DNA of 64,000 bases, taken from Phaeosaccion multiseriatum (Eukaryota; Protista; Ochrophyta, other classes). The position numbers and the translations under genes were made by a program. Each line of letters starts with the position of its first letter. Position 1 is the first letter of the stretch. A model generated the notes under the pieces. The model was not told the DNA's origin and did no database searches. It saw only the letters and a list, made by a program, of their open reading frames with translations. The stretch spans positions 496,001 to 560,000 of the forward strand of contig OZ218960.1 of assembly GCA_965112735.1 (NCBI GenBank), read 5' to 3'. Below, in pieces: positions 9,044 through 34,142 of the stretch.

Positions 9044-12000
9044 ATGGCGGATTCGGCACCAATGGCGCAGTCTGCGGAGAAGCTACATGCGCCACACCTT
9101 ACGCAGGTGGACACCAAGAGCGCGGGTGCGTGGCTGGATAGCCGCAAGTGGTATGAGCAACAGCATAAGGCTCTCGCGAGAAATTTGACACCAGAGCAGG
9201 CCCGGCGCAACCCGGAGGCTACTGTGCAATCGTGCCTAAAGCGCTCGGTAAGAATGCACATCATTAAGGAGATGTTCAGCGATGATGAGAGGACAGCCTT
9301 AACGGCCGACGATGCAGCAACGAGTGCAGCAGTGGAAGCCTCTTTCCTGGCAGCGATTAAACAGCTTGCGGGAAGGACAGCGGAGGCCTCACAGCGCAAC
9401 CCCGTGGAGCTGCAAGATGCTATAAGGAAGAGCCTAGTCATGTCCATGCTGGACAAGGAAGGTAACCACATCGACGTAGAGGAAAGGGTACAGAATCAGC
9501 TCCTTCCCCTGTATGATCTACTCGACAAAAGGGGGTTGGAAGCGGAGTTCATTAACCTCGACACCTACGCGTTCTTACCAACGCATGCCGTTCTGTTGAC
9601 GGAAAGCATTCTGGCCGGCCTAAGGCCCAATGAATTCAAACAGCACGTACAGAGCGCGGCAAGGATGAAGGGCTGGGACCAGCTGAAGAAGAACCCAGAT
9701 GCCTTTAAAAGACTCGTGAAGGAGGAGGCAAAGCTTTTCAGGTCTGCAGACCAGCTGATGGCTAAGCAGGCCAAACAGAAGAAAGACGGCAAGCAAAAGG
9801 AAACCAAGAAGGGTGACCAAAAGAACAATGGCAAGAAGAGCGACGGGAAAGATGGAGGCGGCAAGCAGGGCGGTGGCAAAGGCGACGGCAGTAAGGGAGA
9901 TGGCAAAGCTGAGGGAAATCGTGACGGAAAGAAAGACAAAGACAAGAAACTCACGCATGACCCCAACAAGCCAGGCCCATGTGACCACTGCGGGAGGCCC
10001 AACCACGACAAGGAGCACTGCTGGAAGCTACACCCGGAGCAGAAGCCTGCCAGCCTGTCCCAAGGACACCGGAGAGTTACTTTCGAGGAGGAGCTCACCG
10101 AGGACGCAGCAGCAGACGCAGCGGCGGAGGAAGCAGTCAAGAAGGGAGTGGCAGCAAACCAAGACGCAGGTATGCACCAGCTGTTCCTTAGAGATGATGG
10201 GATGGCGGAGCTCTCTCTCTCGGAGGAGGGACCGGTGGTTAAGATCCCCATCTTGATTGACAGTGGGTCAAGCACCACCAGCCTTAACCTCCCAGCTTTT
10301 CGCCAACTGCGTCACCATTATGGTACCAAGGCCATGGCGCTTGAGCCCATGCCTAGTGCGGTCCAAATGGACACAGCAAATGGCGCAGCAGAGATGACGG
10401 AGATGACTCCTCCACTTACACTGCGTTTCAGCACACCACAGGGGCCTGTCGAGTTGACGGGGCTCCGCCTGGGTTACGAGAGCAGCGATCAGCCTGCTCC
10501 TCTCGTGATCATAGGACGGCAGACAATCAAGGAGCATTTGCCGGACTTGGACCTGAGCAGCCTCAGCAGCAGTGCGGCCAGCGTCCATAACAATCTACAG
10601 CAGCGACGAGCAGCGGTGGTGGAGCAGGTGCCCCTGTCTGAGGACCTGCCCTACATGTTCATGGAGGTGCAAGTGCTGACGGAGGACGAGATCTTGTTTG
10701 ATTCAATTCCCCTCTCTTTCTCTTCCTTCGATCAGGAGGACCACAAGGAGAGAGAGCTGGACAAGCGCTACTCTGATTTGGCCCATGTTTTCGAGAACGC
10801 CAAGGCCAACGGCCTCCCCAGTGACCAGCAACGTAAGTACCACGACTGGTTGTGGTCTCATAAGGATCAGTTTCGTTCTGAACTGATAGACGACCCTCCG
10901 GCTGAGGTGGAGCCGATGAAGCCTCGCTGGAAGCAGAATTTTGTGTGCCCCAAAATCCCCTTTCGTCGCATGAAGCCTAACATGAGGGAGTGGCTTGGAG
11001 CTTTCCTGTGCTTGCTGGCAACTTTTGGCCTTGTGTACAAGAACGCTCAGGCTTGCGCAGCATCACCAGCGCTCGTCACCCCTAAGGCTTCGGGAAGCTT
11101 TCGTGCTACTGTGGACTACCGAGTGGTCAACGAAGGACTCCACCCACAGCACTGGCCCATGGAGACCATCATTCCCCAGCTGCAGCAGATACTGTCCAAG
11201 GCGAGGCGCCTTGCAGTAGCAGACATGAACAAGGGCTATTGGCAATTCCCTGTTGACAAGGCAAGTCAGGAGATGTTCACCATCGCCACCCCGGACGGCC
11301 TTTTCACCCCGACGCGAGTCCCTCAAGGCCTGAGCATCAGCGTCGAGTACTACCAGAGCACCATGCAGACAATCCTCGGAGATCTTTTCGGTAAATGTTG
11401 TGTGGTGTGGCTCGATGATGTGCTGATTTGGGGCGAGGACGATGATGACTTGCTGAACAATTTGACTTTGGTTTTCGATCGATTCGAGAAGGCCAAGCTT
11501 TTTTGCAGCGCACCCAAGTTTGTACTGTATGCTTTGGAACAGACTTACTGCGGTGTGACTTGTGGAGAAAATGGCGTGGGGCAGGACCCTGCACGCCTTC
11601 AGGGGCTGGTGGATTTGGCTGCCCCCACAGACGGAGGGCAATTGATGCAGTTCCTTGCCTCTCTCAACTGGTACCGCAGCCACCTCCCAGACCTCGCTCG
11701 TGTCTCTCTCCCTCTCCAGCAGCTTCTCAATCAGACTCTGGACGGACTGGAGGTGCGCAGCTAAGCACGGGCTGCGAAGCGGCCCATCACAGCAGAGGCG
11801 TGGACGCCCGAGTGTGCAGCGGCGTTTGCAGCGACGAAGGAGCTCTTGTGCTCTGCGGTCACGCTCACGACTCTGAAGGAGGGCTACGCCGTGTGCCTGT
11901 ACACAGATGCATCGCATTTTGGGTGGGGCACCATGATCACGACTTTCCCCAAGGAGCTGTACTCCCCCGGCAAGTCTTTGGGGGACATCCCTCATGAGCC

Positions 12001-13936
12001 ACTGGCCTTTGGCAGTGGCCTTTTCAGCGGCAGTCAGCTCAACTGGCCTACATTGGACAAGGAAGGGTATCCAGTGGTACAAGCATTTCTGCGGTATGAT
12101 TACCTCCTCTGGGGCCCTGACGTTATTGTCAATACGGACCACGCCAACGTGTGCTACATTTTTTATCCGAAGCAGCATGTTACGGCCCTCAGCAAGGCTA
12201 CTGCACAGCGCCTTCAAGGCTGGGCAGTCATCCTCGGCCAATTTCGGTTTCTTTTGCAGCACCTCCCGGGCGAGAAGAATGTGTGGGGAGACATGATCTC
12301 CCGCTTTCTCGCATTGCCTCCAGTGGCAATGCGGCAGCGACACACTCTCTCCCTCCCTCCCCCCCCTCCCCCTGCGTGTCCCACTCTCGTGTCCCTTGAT
12401 GCTCTCAGGTTAAGCCAACAGGAGCATGCCCCACTCTCTCAAAAGGGGGAAGGGGTAGATGGGACTGACAAGATTGTGGAGCCCGTTTCAGATATTGCTC
12501 TCGTGTGGCATGCAGATATGGAGCTCTACAAGACAGCAGCGGGAGAGGTGTGGGTTCCGGCAGCGGACAAGCAGCTTCAGCTACGGTTGTGTACAGAGGC
12601 GCACGCAGGAGGAGCATGCCATAGGCTCAAGACAGCAACCATGGAGCAGCTGCGTTTGATACATTGGCACGGCAAGGCAGATGACGTCAGCGCTTTCATC
12701 AAGCACTGCCTTCACTGCGTGGACTCTAGGGCAGGTGACAAGATACCCCGCCCCCTTGGTGAGACCCTCCACGGCAGCAAGCCTGGAGAGGTGCATCACA
12801 TGGACTGGCTCAGCATTGGAGAGTCGGACTCTGAGTTTGACAAGGGTATGAACAAATACCTCTTTGTGCAGATGGACGACCTCAGCGGCCTTTGCCTACT
12901 CACGGCTCACCCGAGTGTGCACGCTAATCTGGCAGCACGCGACCTTCTTCTGTTTGCCTCTCAGCATGGCATGCCGAGTATATGGGTGAGTGATCAGCCT
13001 ACTCACTTCAAGAATCAGCTCTTGCGGGAGATGGCGGACATTTATAAGGTGAATCATCACTTTTCAGTCGCTAACGTAGCGCACAGCAACGGCACGGTGG
13101 AGCAGCTAATGCGGCAGATCATTGTGGCTTTTCGAGCAGTTCTCTCTGAGCACAAGCTCCCGCCGACGGAGTGGGAGTCAGTCTTGCCCTTGGTCATGTA
13201 TGGTCTCAACTCAGCAGTGCGCAAGCGGACTGGCTTGTCTCCATTGGAGATCATCACAGGGCGGAAACCAGAGGCATTGCTTTCAGCGGAGCTTATCAAG
13301 CTTGGAGAGCAGTGGCACGTCGAGCCCATCAGCACGGAGAAGCTTCAAGCCATCTTGGCTGATACGCGGCAAGCTTTGGACCAGATGCACAAGACGGTGG
13401 CAGGCTCTCGTCAGACGCAGCGAGCTGCGGGGCGTAAGTCAGCCTCCAAGGGCAAGTTGCCCAACTTCATGGTCGGAGAGTTTGTTCTGGCAGCTCGTGT
13501 ACGCAAGAAAGGACGCATGCACAAGCTCACGGCCACCTGGCGCGGGCCCTACAGAGTGCTTGATGCCTCTCATGCCCACGTCTACCTCATTCAGCACCTC
13601 CTCAGCGGCGAGCGGCTTACGGTACATGCCGAGCGGCTCATGTTCTACCACGACGCCACTTTGGACATCACGACGGAGCTGAAGACCCACATCGAGTCGT
13701 CGGATAACCTGGCAAGGTATCAGATTGACTCCTTCGTTTCGCTTCGCAAGGAGCAAGGCGAGTATGAGGTGTTCGTTCACTGGCTTGGCTTTGAAGCCGA
13801 TGAGCGCACCTGGGAGCCTCTTCATCAGCTTATGGAAGACATGACTGTTGCTACCCTGCAGCGGTTTCTCCGACAGATGAAGCTCTCGACAGCGGTCAAG
13901 CGTGACCTGCTGCACATGCACAAGCTGCGTGTGTGA
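9044..13936 (+). pseudogene. gag-pol polyprotein with one in-frame TAA at 11762-11764
   Basis: ORFs 9044-11764 and 11846-13936 share a frame. Motifs: CCHC knuckle CDHCGRPNHDKEHC, protease LIDSGS, RT VDYR/DMNKGYWQ/WLDD, RNase H YTDAS, integrase H..H..CLHC, MDW/SDQ/NGTVE, WRGPY, chromodomain YEVFVHWLGFEADERTWEP. Confidence 0.92.
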
Positions 13937-14053
13937 ATGTTTTGTGTGAAGTTTTTTTCCTTTCAAAAGGTTTTTCTCAATTTGGCTACTCACTCGTTTT
14001 GTTCCTCCTTCTTTTCCCTTTAGCTCAACAGGATAGTTTCCTATCAAGCTTCT

Positions 14054-14062
14054 AAGGGGGGA
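14054..14062 (+). other. polypurine tract of the retrotransposon
   Basis: AAGGGGGGA located 1 nt upstream of the 3' LTR. Confidence 0.8.
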
Positions 14063-14063
14063 C

Positions 14064-14239
14064 TGTGGAGTAGGCCACTCTTTCATGCCAAATCGGAAAC
14101 CCGAGGCAATTGTTTAATATATTCTACTCTCGTTCTATCAATAAGGTTTTGACGTCTTATCTCTCCCACCAAGGAGTGGGGAGTCCACAGACAAAGAGTG
14201 TGAGTCACAGTTAGTTAGCGCAAGTTCACCGACGCTACA
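14064..14239 (+). repeat. 3' LTR (176 bp)
   Basis: TG...CA termini, followed by the ACAC TSD. Confidence 0.95.
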
Positions 14240-14243
14240 ACAC

Positions 14244-14714
14244 GGTGTGTCCACAAATTCACCTGTCGAGAGCAATGCCTCCATCATGTCCCAAGTACCC
14301 GCGGCGGCACAGGAATGCAACACTGTAGCCGTCGCGATCCCTGGGACAAACGTCAGCACCATGCTCAAGGAGGGCTTGGAGAATAGGCAGTCTACCGGGA
14401 CGCCTACTCTCACACAAGAGATGGAGAGCACGGCGCCCGTCGCTGCAGGCCAGCTCCGTATCAGCACCCCTCTTCAGAAGAACATTGAGTACTCCCATGT
14501 ACGACCCGTCTACTGCCTGCATGAGTGGTGTGACCCCTACACGATCGACTGTGTCAATGTCCGCCCCGTGGGCGAGTAGGCGCTCCACGATGGCAACGTT
14601 TCCCTGCTCAGCAGCGATCGCCAGTGCAGTCGCCTTAGTAGAGGGGTGACCATACTCCAGAAGCCTCTTCCGAGAGGACATAGATTTCCCTCGTAGACCG
14701 TCCAGTAGCCCCAT
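14244..14714 (-). pseudogene. 5' part of ankyrin-repeat gene (frameshift near 14325, then LTR insertion)
   Basis: Ankyrin repeats TALAIAAEQGNVAIVERLLAHGADID, TPLMQAV..VLNVLLKRGADTE and ALHLL..LQALLEHGADV. The next repeat (TVLHSCAAAGTWDMMEALL) is in a different frame. Start is ATG 14714 or 14681. Confidence 0.8.
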
Positions 14715-14868
14715 CGTTTCCTCCACACTTCCATTCAAAGCCGCATCCCATGTGGGGTACACTTGGGGTACAGAGAGAGAGGAGGAGGAATTTTTACTTT
14801 TGGTCAGGATGGCACTAAACGGTCTCCCCTCCCCTTCGACTACTCGTATCCTCGCCCCCTCCTTGCTG

Positions 14869-17680
<2,812 letters not shown>

Positions 17681-18838
17681 GCAAGCAGGACGGGTTGGCC
17701 CCATGGTAGTGGCGATGGCGGGGGAGGGGGAGGGGGGAGGGGGGAGGGCGGGTTGAAAGCCTTTTGAGAAAGTACACACTACGCACCACCACACGACATG
17801 GTACACGATACGTGACGTCACGTGAAAATAAAGTTAACTTTTAAAAAAAAGAAGTTAATGCACGCTACACGTTCGGAGAAAGGCATCGGGTGAAGTAGTC
17901 ATGGTAATCATAGCCCTCATCAAGCGCCTCTCTGTGGCTCATCCCCTCTCTCTCTCTCTGCCCACTGCCGAAATTGAGTTCCACACCGCGTCTCCGAGGT
18001 GCGCTCTGGAGCGTCTCGGCGTAGAGCTTCAAAGCTGACGTCAGACAGCTACCCACTTGCTCAAGAAGAGCAGGCACCCTCGAGAATGGTGTCGCCTCCA
18101 GCCAGGAGTAGCAATAATGAATAATGAAGTTTCCAGCCAGGAGTAGTTTCCCTCAGCGATTGGGAAGAGGCATGCTCTCTCTTCATCGCCTTGTCTTGAA
18201 GCATAAGCTGGAGGAGGAGGAGGAGGAGGGGGACAATGTCCATGTCCATCTCGTACTCTACGGCGCCCTCCACATCCTCGCAAGAAAGCATGGTCCGGGT
18301 GTGTGAGGCACGAGCCAGGCCCATAGCTAGTTAGCTATAACTTAGCTAGCTAAACTTCACCCGAGGCTTCGGGGAGTAACTCCGATGGGGAAGGCCTCGT
18401 TGCAGCCACTCCAGCCATCACGAAGGTCGACGCAAGGAGGGGAGGAAGGAAAGAAGGGGCGGAGTGTCCGCCGCGGCTAAGAAGAAGAAGGAGCGATTTT
18501 TTTTTTGCCGTGGTTTTGTCATGTCCTGTCATTTGTTTTATAGGTATACACAGCAAACACAGTGCTGCACAGTAAAATAGAAATATATCATAGTCAAAAG
18601 CCCCATCAATGCCCCAATCACATTTGGTACGGATGCATCGAGTTTCCCAACCAACCATTCGTCAGTCAGTCAGTCCTGTCCCTCGCCCTCTCCCCTGAGC
18701 CTTGCCTGCCACCCCCCCCACAGTCAACCCCTGCCCCCCCCCCTCCCCTCGGCTCCTTGGCTGGTAGTGATGGTGTGTGATGGATTACTAAAGGGGCGGG
18801 CGATAAAAAAGGCGCCGCGCCCCTCTTGTCTCTCTCTC

Positions 18839-18893
<55 letters not shown>

Positions 18894-18991
18894 CTCTCTC
18901 TCTCTGCCCAGGTAGGTGGTGTGTGATGACTAAAGGCCAGAGCCGATCCGATTCCGGTCAAATGGCACTGGGCGGGAGGGGTCCAACAGAA

Positions 18992-19096
18992 CTGTGCTGT
19001 TGTAAGTCAATGATTAAGAGTGGCATCGAGATTGCCCCCAAACAGTGTGTATTTCGCCCTCGAGAACCCCCAAATCATTGACTTACGACAGCACAG
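18992..19096. other. 24-bp inverted repeat / stem-loop with 57-nt loop
   Basis: CTGTGCTGTTGTAAGTCAATGATT (18992-19015) vs AATCATTGACTTACGACAGCACAG (19073-19096): 23/24 Watson-Crick pairs plus one G-U on the + strand. Confidence 0.85.
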
Positions 19097-19347
19097 ACAA
19101 CAGCGGGGGCCTCGCTGGGTTGGGCCTCCCCGGGGGGCGAGTTGAGGCTCTGTAGAGGTGGCCGTGGAGCAGTCTACTGACTGCCCATATGCCTGGCGGT
19201 AGGGGGGCCGTCTCCGGCTCCTCCACGAAGCTCCAAAGCCAGTGTGAGTTTCAGGTACAGCTCTTCCCCCCGCCATCCCTCCTTCCCCCTTTTCCCTCCC
19301 TTCCCTTCCCTTCCCTTCCCTTCCCTCTCGTCCGTCCAAGGTCGGCG

Positions 19348-22689
<3,342 letters not shown>

Positions 22690-23355
22690 GATGCCCGCGC
22701 GACGCTGAGTTGTGCCTCGCTGCTGCTGCCAATCTCGTGCCTCAGAAGGCCAAGCAGGTTAAAAAATTGAAAGTTTCGACTTTTTCTTTTGACGGCCTAT
22801 TGTAGGGAGGGGAAAGATGGGACCTTGGCCTCAGAGGAAGAAGAAGGAGAGGTGGTGTATAAAATGGCTATAATCTCTTGCTATTGTTTTGTAATGTGCT
22901 TCTCGCCGTCTTCTCTGGATGGTTATATGCTGGTGGCATATGGGCCAGATACCCACTTCCCCCCGGGGTTTCAGGGATTCATGGGTGGGCTCACAGCCGA
23001 AGTGTAAGGTGCGTGAGGAGAGGGACGGGGTTGTCAGATGGGGGAGAGAAGCAGAAGAGGTGGAAGAGAAGGACGAGAAGGTGGGGATGGATGGGAAGGA
23101 GGGAGGAGCGGTCTTCTTGGGTGGAAATTTGCTCTACCAAGACGGGAAGGAGGAGCAAGGAGAGAGAGAGAGAGAGAGAGAGAGAAAAAACAAAGGGGGT
23201 GGGGCTTGGAGCGCTTGGCAGAAGCTTGAGAAGCGGCGAACGCCATGCCGACGATACGTTCGCTGCTCTTGCTGGTGTTTTGGTGCAAATGCGAAGTCCT
23301 CCCTCCCTTAACACCCTCCTTTCGTCTTTCTCCCGACAGATCGCAGCGTCGCACC

Positions 23356-25904
<2,549 letters not shown>

Positions 25905-26021
25905 GTCATTCCCGATCGATTCTCATTTGTTTTAATCCAATAAATGAGAGCCTTCACTGCGCTGTAAGAAAAAACAAAAGCAACAAAAATCGAGGAGCGA
26001 GTGTATCTACACTCTCTCCCT

Positions 26022-26066
<45 letters not shown>

Positions 26067-26762
26067 TCTGTCTCTCCCTTCCTCCCCTGTCTTGTGGACG
26101 GGTGGGGCGTGGGGAGGCAAGCACTTAAAGCCCCCGACTCGGAGTCCGTCAGGCTGTCGCTGCCGATTGCGCTCGCGAAGGACATGCAAGAGGGCAGCAC
26201 AGGCAATCAATCGGGTGTGGGAGCTGTCGTCCCCTTATCACTCACTCACTCAATGCTATGCAGGGTGTGGCATCTCTCTGTCTCTCTCCTTACATGTACT
26301 CACTCTTTCTCTTTTCTATTCAGTGCTACATGATACCCATCCCGAAGGGTACGCAGATGAGAGGAGAGGGTGTGCAGAGGCGTGGGTGGTCACTCATCAA
26401 GGGGACTAGTGGGGGATGCTCACCACCACACACACCACAACCGCAATGCATAGGGGATGAATGTACGTATGTACGTGAGTATGTGTACTGTATCTAGGTG
26501 TTTCTTTTTTTTGGGCGGTATAACTCCCCATTACAGTAGAAATGGGTGAGCCACGCTCCCCTGCCTCTCCCCGTACGGTATGACCGTATGATGCTGCTGC
26601 GTCCATCCGCCCCGTTCGTATCGCAAGTCAGGCAAGCTAAGCGCAAGAGGTCCATCTAACGGAACTACACAACACGTCACTCCATGCCCATATCGAGCAG
26701 GCAAGCAAAAGGAAGTAAAAGTCAAGCAAAGTTAAGTAAAAGAAGCAAATAAACCAAATACT

Positions 26763-27650
26763 CTACACGTCCATCTGATCGTCCATGTCGAGTAGCACGA
26801 CTTTCTCGCGGCCCTTGTCGAAGGCGGGCTTGCCCAGGAAGGGGCACGTGGCACAGCGGAACGCATCTCCCTTGTGGCAAGAACCGCAGGCAGAGGTTGG
26901 CACGTCCACGTCACTTACGTCAAGGCCGGCCTCCTTGGCCATGTCTATCTTAGCTTCGATCTCCGCCCTCCCGCAGGAGCAGTCCTTGCACGCCCTCTTC
27001 TTCGTTGCACAGCCTGCGTCACTAACTGCTGCTGATCCTGCTGGGAGGCCCGAGGGGGGAAGCACGCCGTCCTCTGCGAGCAGGTCCTCATCCGCCACCA
27101 AGTCGTCCTCCGCCATGTTGTCCGCCATGAGCTTCCATGCCGACTTATTGCTGCTGCTGCTGTTGCCATTGGGTAATACTGCAGCAGCGGTGCCGTTGCC
27201 CTTGAGACTCAGCTGAGCCGCGTCTCCCATCTGCCAGCTCGGTTTGCGGGCTTGGACGCAACTGGCGCTGCTCCCCTCTCTGCGCTCCCCATCGGCAAAT
27301 CCCGCGAAGAGCAGCGCAGTGAGCAGCGCGGCCACCTCCTCCTTTTGCGCCTCTGCCTCTGCCTCGGCGGGCAGAACGAGCGCCAACGTGCCGCCCGGCC
27401 GCAGCGCCGAGAGCAAATCCTTCAGCAGCCCTCCTCCTACCGTCAGCTGTGCGGCGTCCCACATCTCGACAACTACCACATCATAGCCCCCCTTCCTCTC
27501 GCTGGCGCTGGCGCTGGCGCCACTTGCGGCTGCCACCACTTGTCCCTTGCCCGCCTCCAGCCACGTCTCCACCGCCCCGCCCGCCTTGTTGCTTCTGCCC
27601 ACCACGAGGCAGGACTCCCTCTCCGACAAGGGGCCTATCCCGAAGCTCAT
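26763..27650 (-). CDS. DRE2: Anamorsin / Dre2 (cytosolic Fe-S assembly), intronless
   Basis: Methyltransferase-like N-terminus (LRPGG) and C-terminal Fe-S motifs [12 protein letters not shown] and [25 protein letters not shown]. Confidence 0.93.
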   Translation of the reverse strand: MSFGIGPLSERESCLVVGRSNKAGGAVETWLEAGKGQVVAAASGASASASERKGGYDVVVVEMWDAAQLTVGGGLLKDLLSALRPGGTLALVLPAEAEAEAQKEEVAALLTALLFAGFADGERREGSSASCVQARKPSWQMGDAAQLSLKGNGTAAAVLPNGNSSSSNKSAWKLMADNMAEDDLVADEDLLAEDGVLPPSGLPAGSAAVSDAGCATKKRACKDCSCGRAEIEAKIDMAKEAGLDVSDVDVPTSACGSCHKGDAFRCATCPFLGKPAFDKGREKVVLLDMDDQMDV

Positions 27651-27971
27651 CTCTCTACCGTGTCCTCGCTCCTTCTGCCCCCGAGAGCCACAAGGAAAGC
27701 TAGAAGGCAAGTAGCTTCAGCGTGCAAAAAGGAAAAAAGGGGAAAAGACACAGAGAGAGACAGACAGCAAAATGGATAGAGTCGAAGAGTGGAAGAGAAG
27801 AGATAGAAGACAGAGAGAGAGGAAGAGAGAGAGAGAGAGAGAGAGGCAGAAGCGGAGGGTTGATTTTTGTTCCAGAAGTAGCGAGACATGCTAGAGGCGT
27901 ATGGGGAGATCGACTTTCTGTATCGTCGATTTGAAAATCGACCCGATTGTGTAACAGGCCAAATGCGGGAA

Positions 27972-32563
<4,592 letters not shown>

Positions 32564-34142
32564 TCATTCATTCAGGTCAAGAGGGAGGAGAGTCGGAGAG
32601 CGAGGAGCACTACGTGAACAATCAAGTGAGGCAGCAGTGGAGCAGCAGCACGTTAAACAAGAAGCAAGTGAACAAAGCATGAGGGAGTTGAGTAAGTGCG
32701 TGAGTGTTCCTTCCGTGGGCGGGCGGGTGCGTGGATCGTTCGGGTGCACGCTCGGGGGACAACTGTCGCAGCAGCTCGCAGTGAATGAGCGGAGAGTCTG
32801 GAGAGTCTGGAAGGAAGCAAGGGGTGCGGGAGCCTCGTCAGGACCCAACTAGGCGTGGAGGACCCAACAAGGCGTGGAGCCTTGCTGGTGCCCGTCCTTG
32901 TGATTCAATTCAATGTCTAGGGAGACGGGGACATGTAGCGGGCACAAATCAAACGACACCCGTGTTGAAAATGTCTTCTCTCTCTATTTATCATCCCTTT
33001 ACTGAGCCCCTGATGGCCGAAGCCCTACCCCGCCTACTTACACCTCGTCCCCCGAGGGGAGCAATATTGTTTCCTATAATTCTCCTTCTTGCCAGATCCG
33101 ATTCATATACGAATGGTTGTCCAGAGATCGCTATCGTACTGTAGCACTCGTCGCCGACAAAAAATATCAATGTATCATCCAACGCGCACCGCACCGCCTC
33201 TGATAGTTGATGATTTTGAGTCGTCTTGGAGCGCCGCCTGCACGGTGCAGTGTCGTCTGTCGTTCATCATACTACATCATCCTCGTCATCCGCTGCCATC
33301 CGCTCTTCTCGTCTGTTTCGTTTGCCCCTCCGCCCTCGATGCATGAGTGACTGACCGGCTGTGACGGTGGGACAAACAAGACAGCAGACAGACGGACCAC
33401 TCACTGCCTCGCCCCTGGCCTTGCTCGCTTTGCATCGACCTTCCCCCTAACCCCCCCCCCCCCCCAAAGGCCTTTGGCCGCTCAAACGTTATGGCCGGAA
33501 TTCACCGCCAAAAGACTCGAACGACCCCTCCCCTTCCCCTTCCCATCCCCTCCCCATCCCTCTTGCTCCTCCCCCGCTAGCCCCACCTCCCTCTGCCGTA
33601 CCACCAACGGCTGCAGAGAGCGCTGCTCCAGAGACTGCCCCTCCCTCCAGCTGTTGGCCCGTCTGCCCCCTCTACCCCGCCCGCCAACTCCCTTCCTCTT
33701 CACCCCCCTCTGAGCGAGGGGGAGCCTCTCTCCGTCGTGCACAGAGCTCTGACCCTCCGTTGGTGTGGAGATGGGGCCACTCGCTGCTCAGATATGAAGC
33801 CTAAACTGAAACTGAACGATACCGATGCTTGATGGATGGGCGCTGTGCCGTCGTGGGTACATATCCGTCATGCTTTGTTGAGTGTATGCAGCCGCTGGAA
33901 AGAGCAGAGCCGTGGTAGGTCGTGCCGTCGGGCCAGAGGAGGCGATGAGAAGCAGCCATGCAAGCCTCCCCTCGTCGCCCCCTCGTCGCCCGCTGCCCGG
34001 ACAGAGGACCAGAGGACCGACCGCTGCTGTAGCTCCGTCCTGCTCCATTCTGCTCCGCTCTGCTCCGTCCGGTCTCCGGTCTGGGCTATCATTGTAGGTT
34101 GGGAGCTCCGACCCCCCCCCCCCTCTTCAAAGCCTCCTCAAC

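Larger units (their letters stand above)
8797..14239 (+). mobile_element. Ty3/gypsy LTR retrotransposon with chromodomain integrase, full length
   Basis: Two 176-bp LTRs, ACAC target duplication (8793-8796 and 14240-14243), polypurine tract before the 3' LTR, and domain order gag-PR-RT-RH-IN-chromo. Confidence 0.97.

Noticed and set aside
11063-12343. 426-aa antisense ORF in the retrotransposon
   Set aside because: It is a shadow of the pol frame with no domain signal.
698-13936. Diversity-generating retroelement (variable LRR plus nearby RT)
   Set aside because: The RT belongs to a standard Ty3/gypsy element with LTRs and TSD. There is no template/variable repeat pair, and the variation is not adenine-specific.
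17865-18324. Short overlapping minus-strand ORFs
   Set aside because: No recognisable domain or consistent splice model. It could be a decayed fragment, but that cannot be supported.
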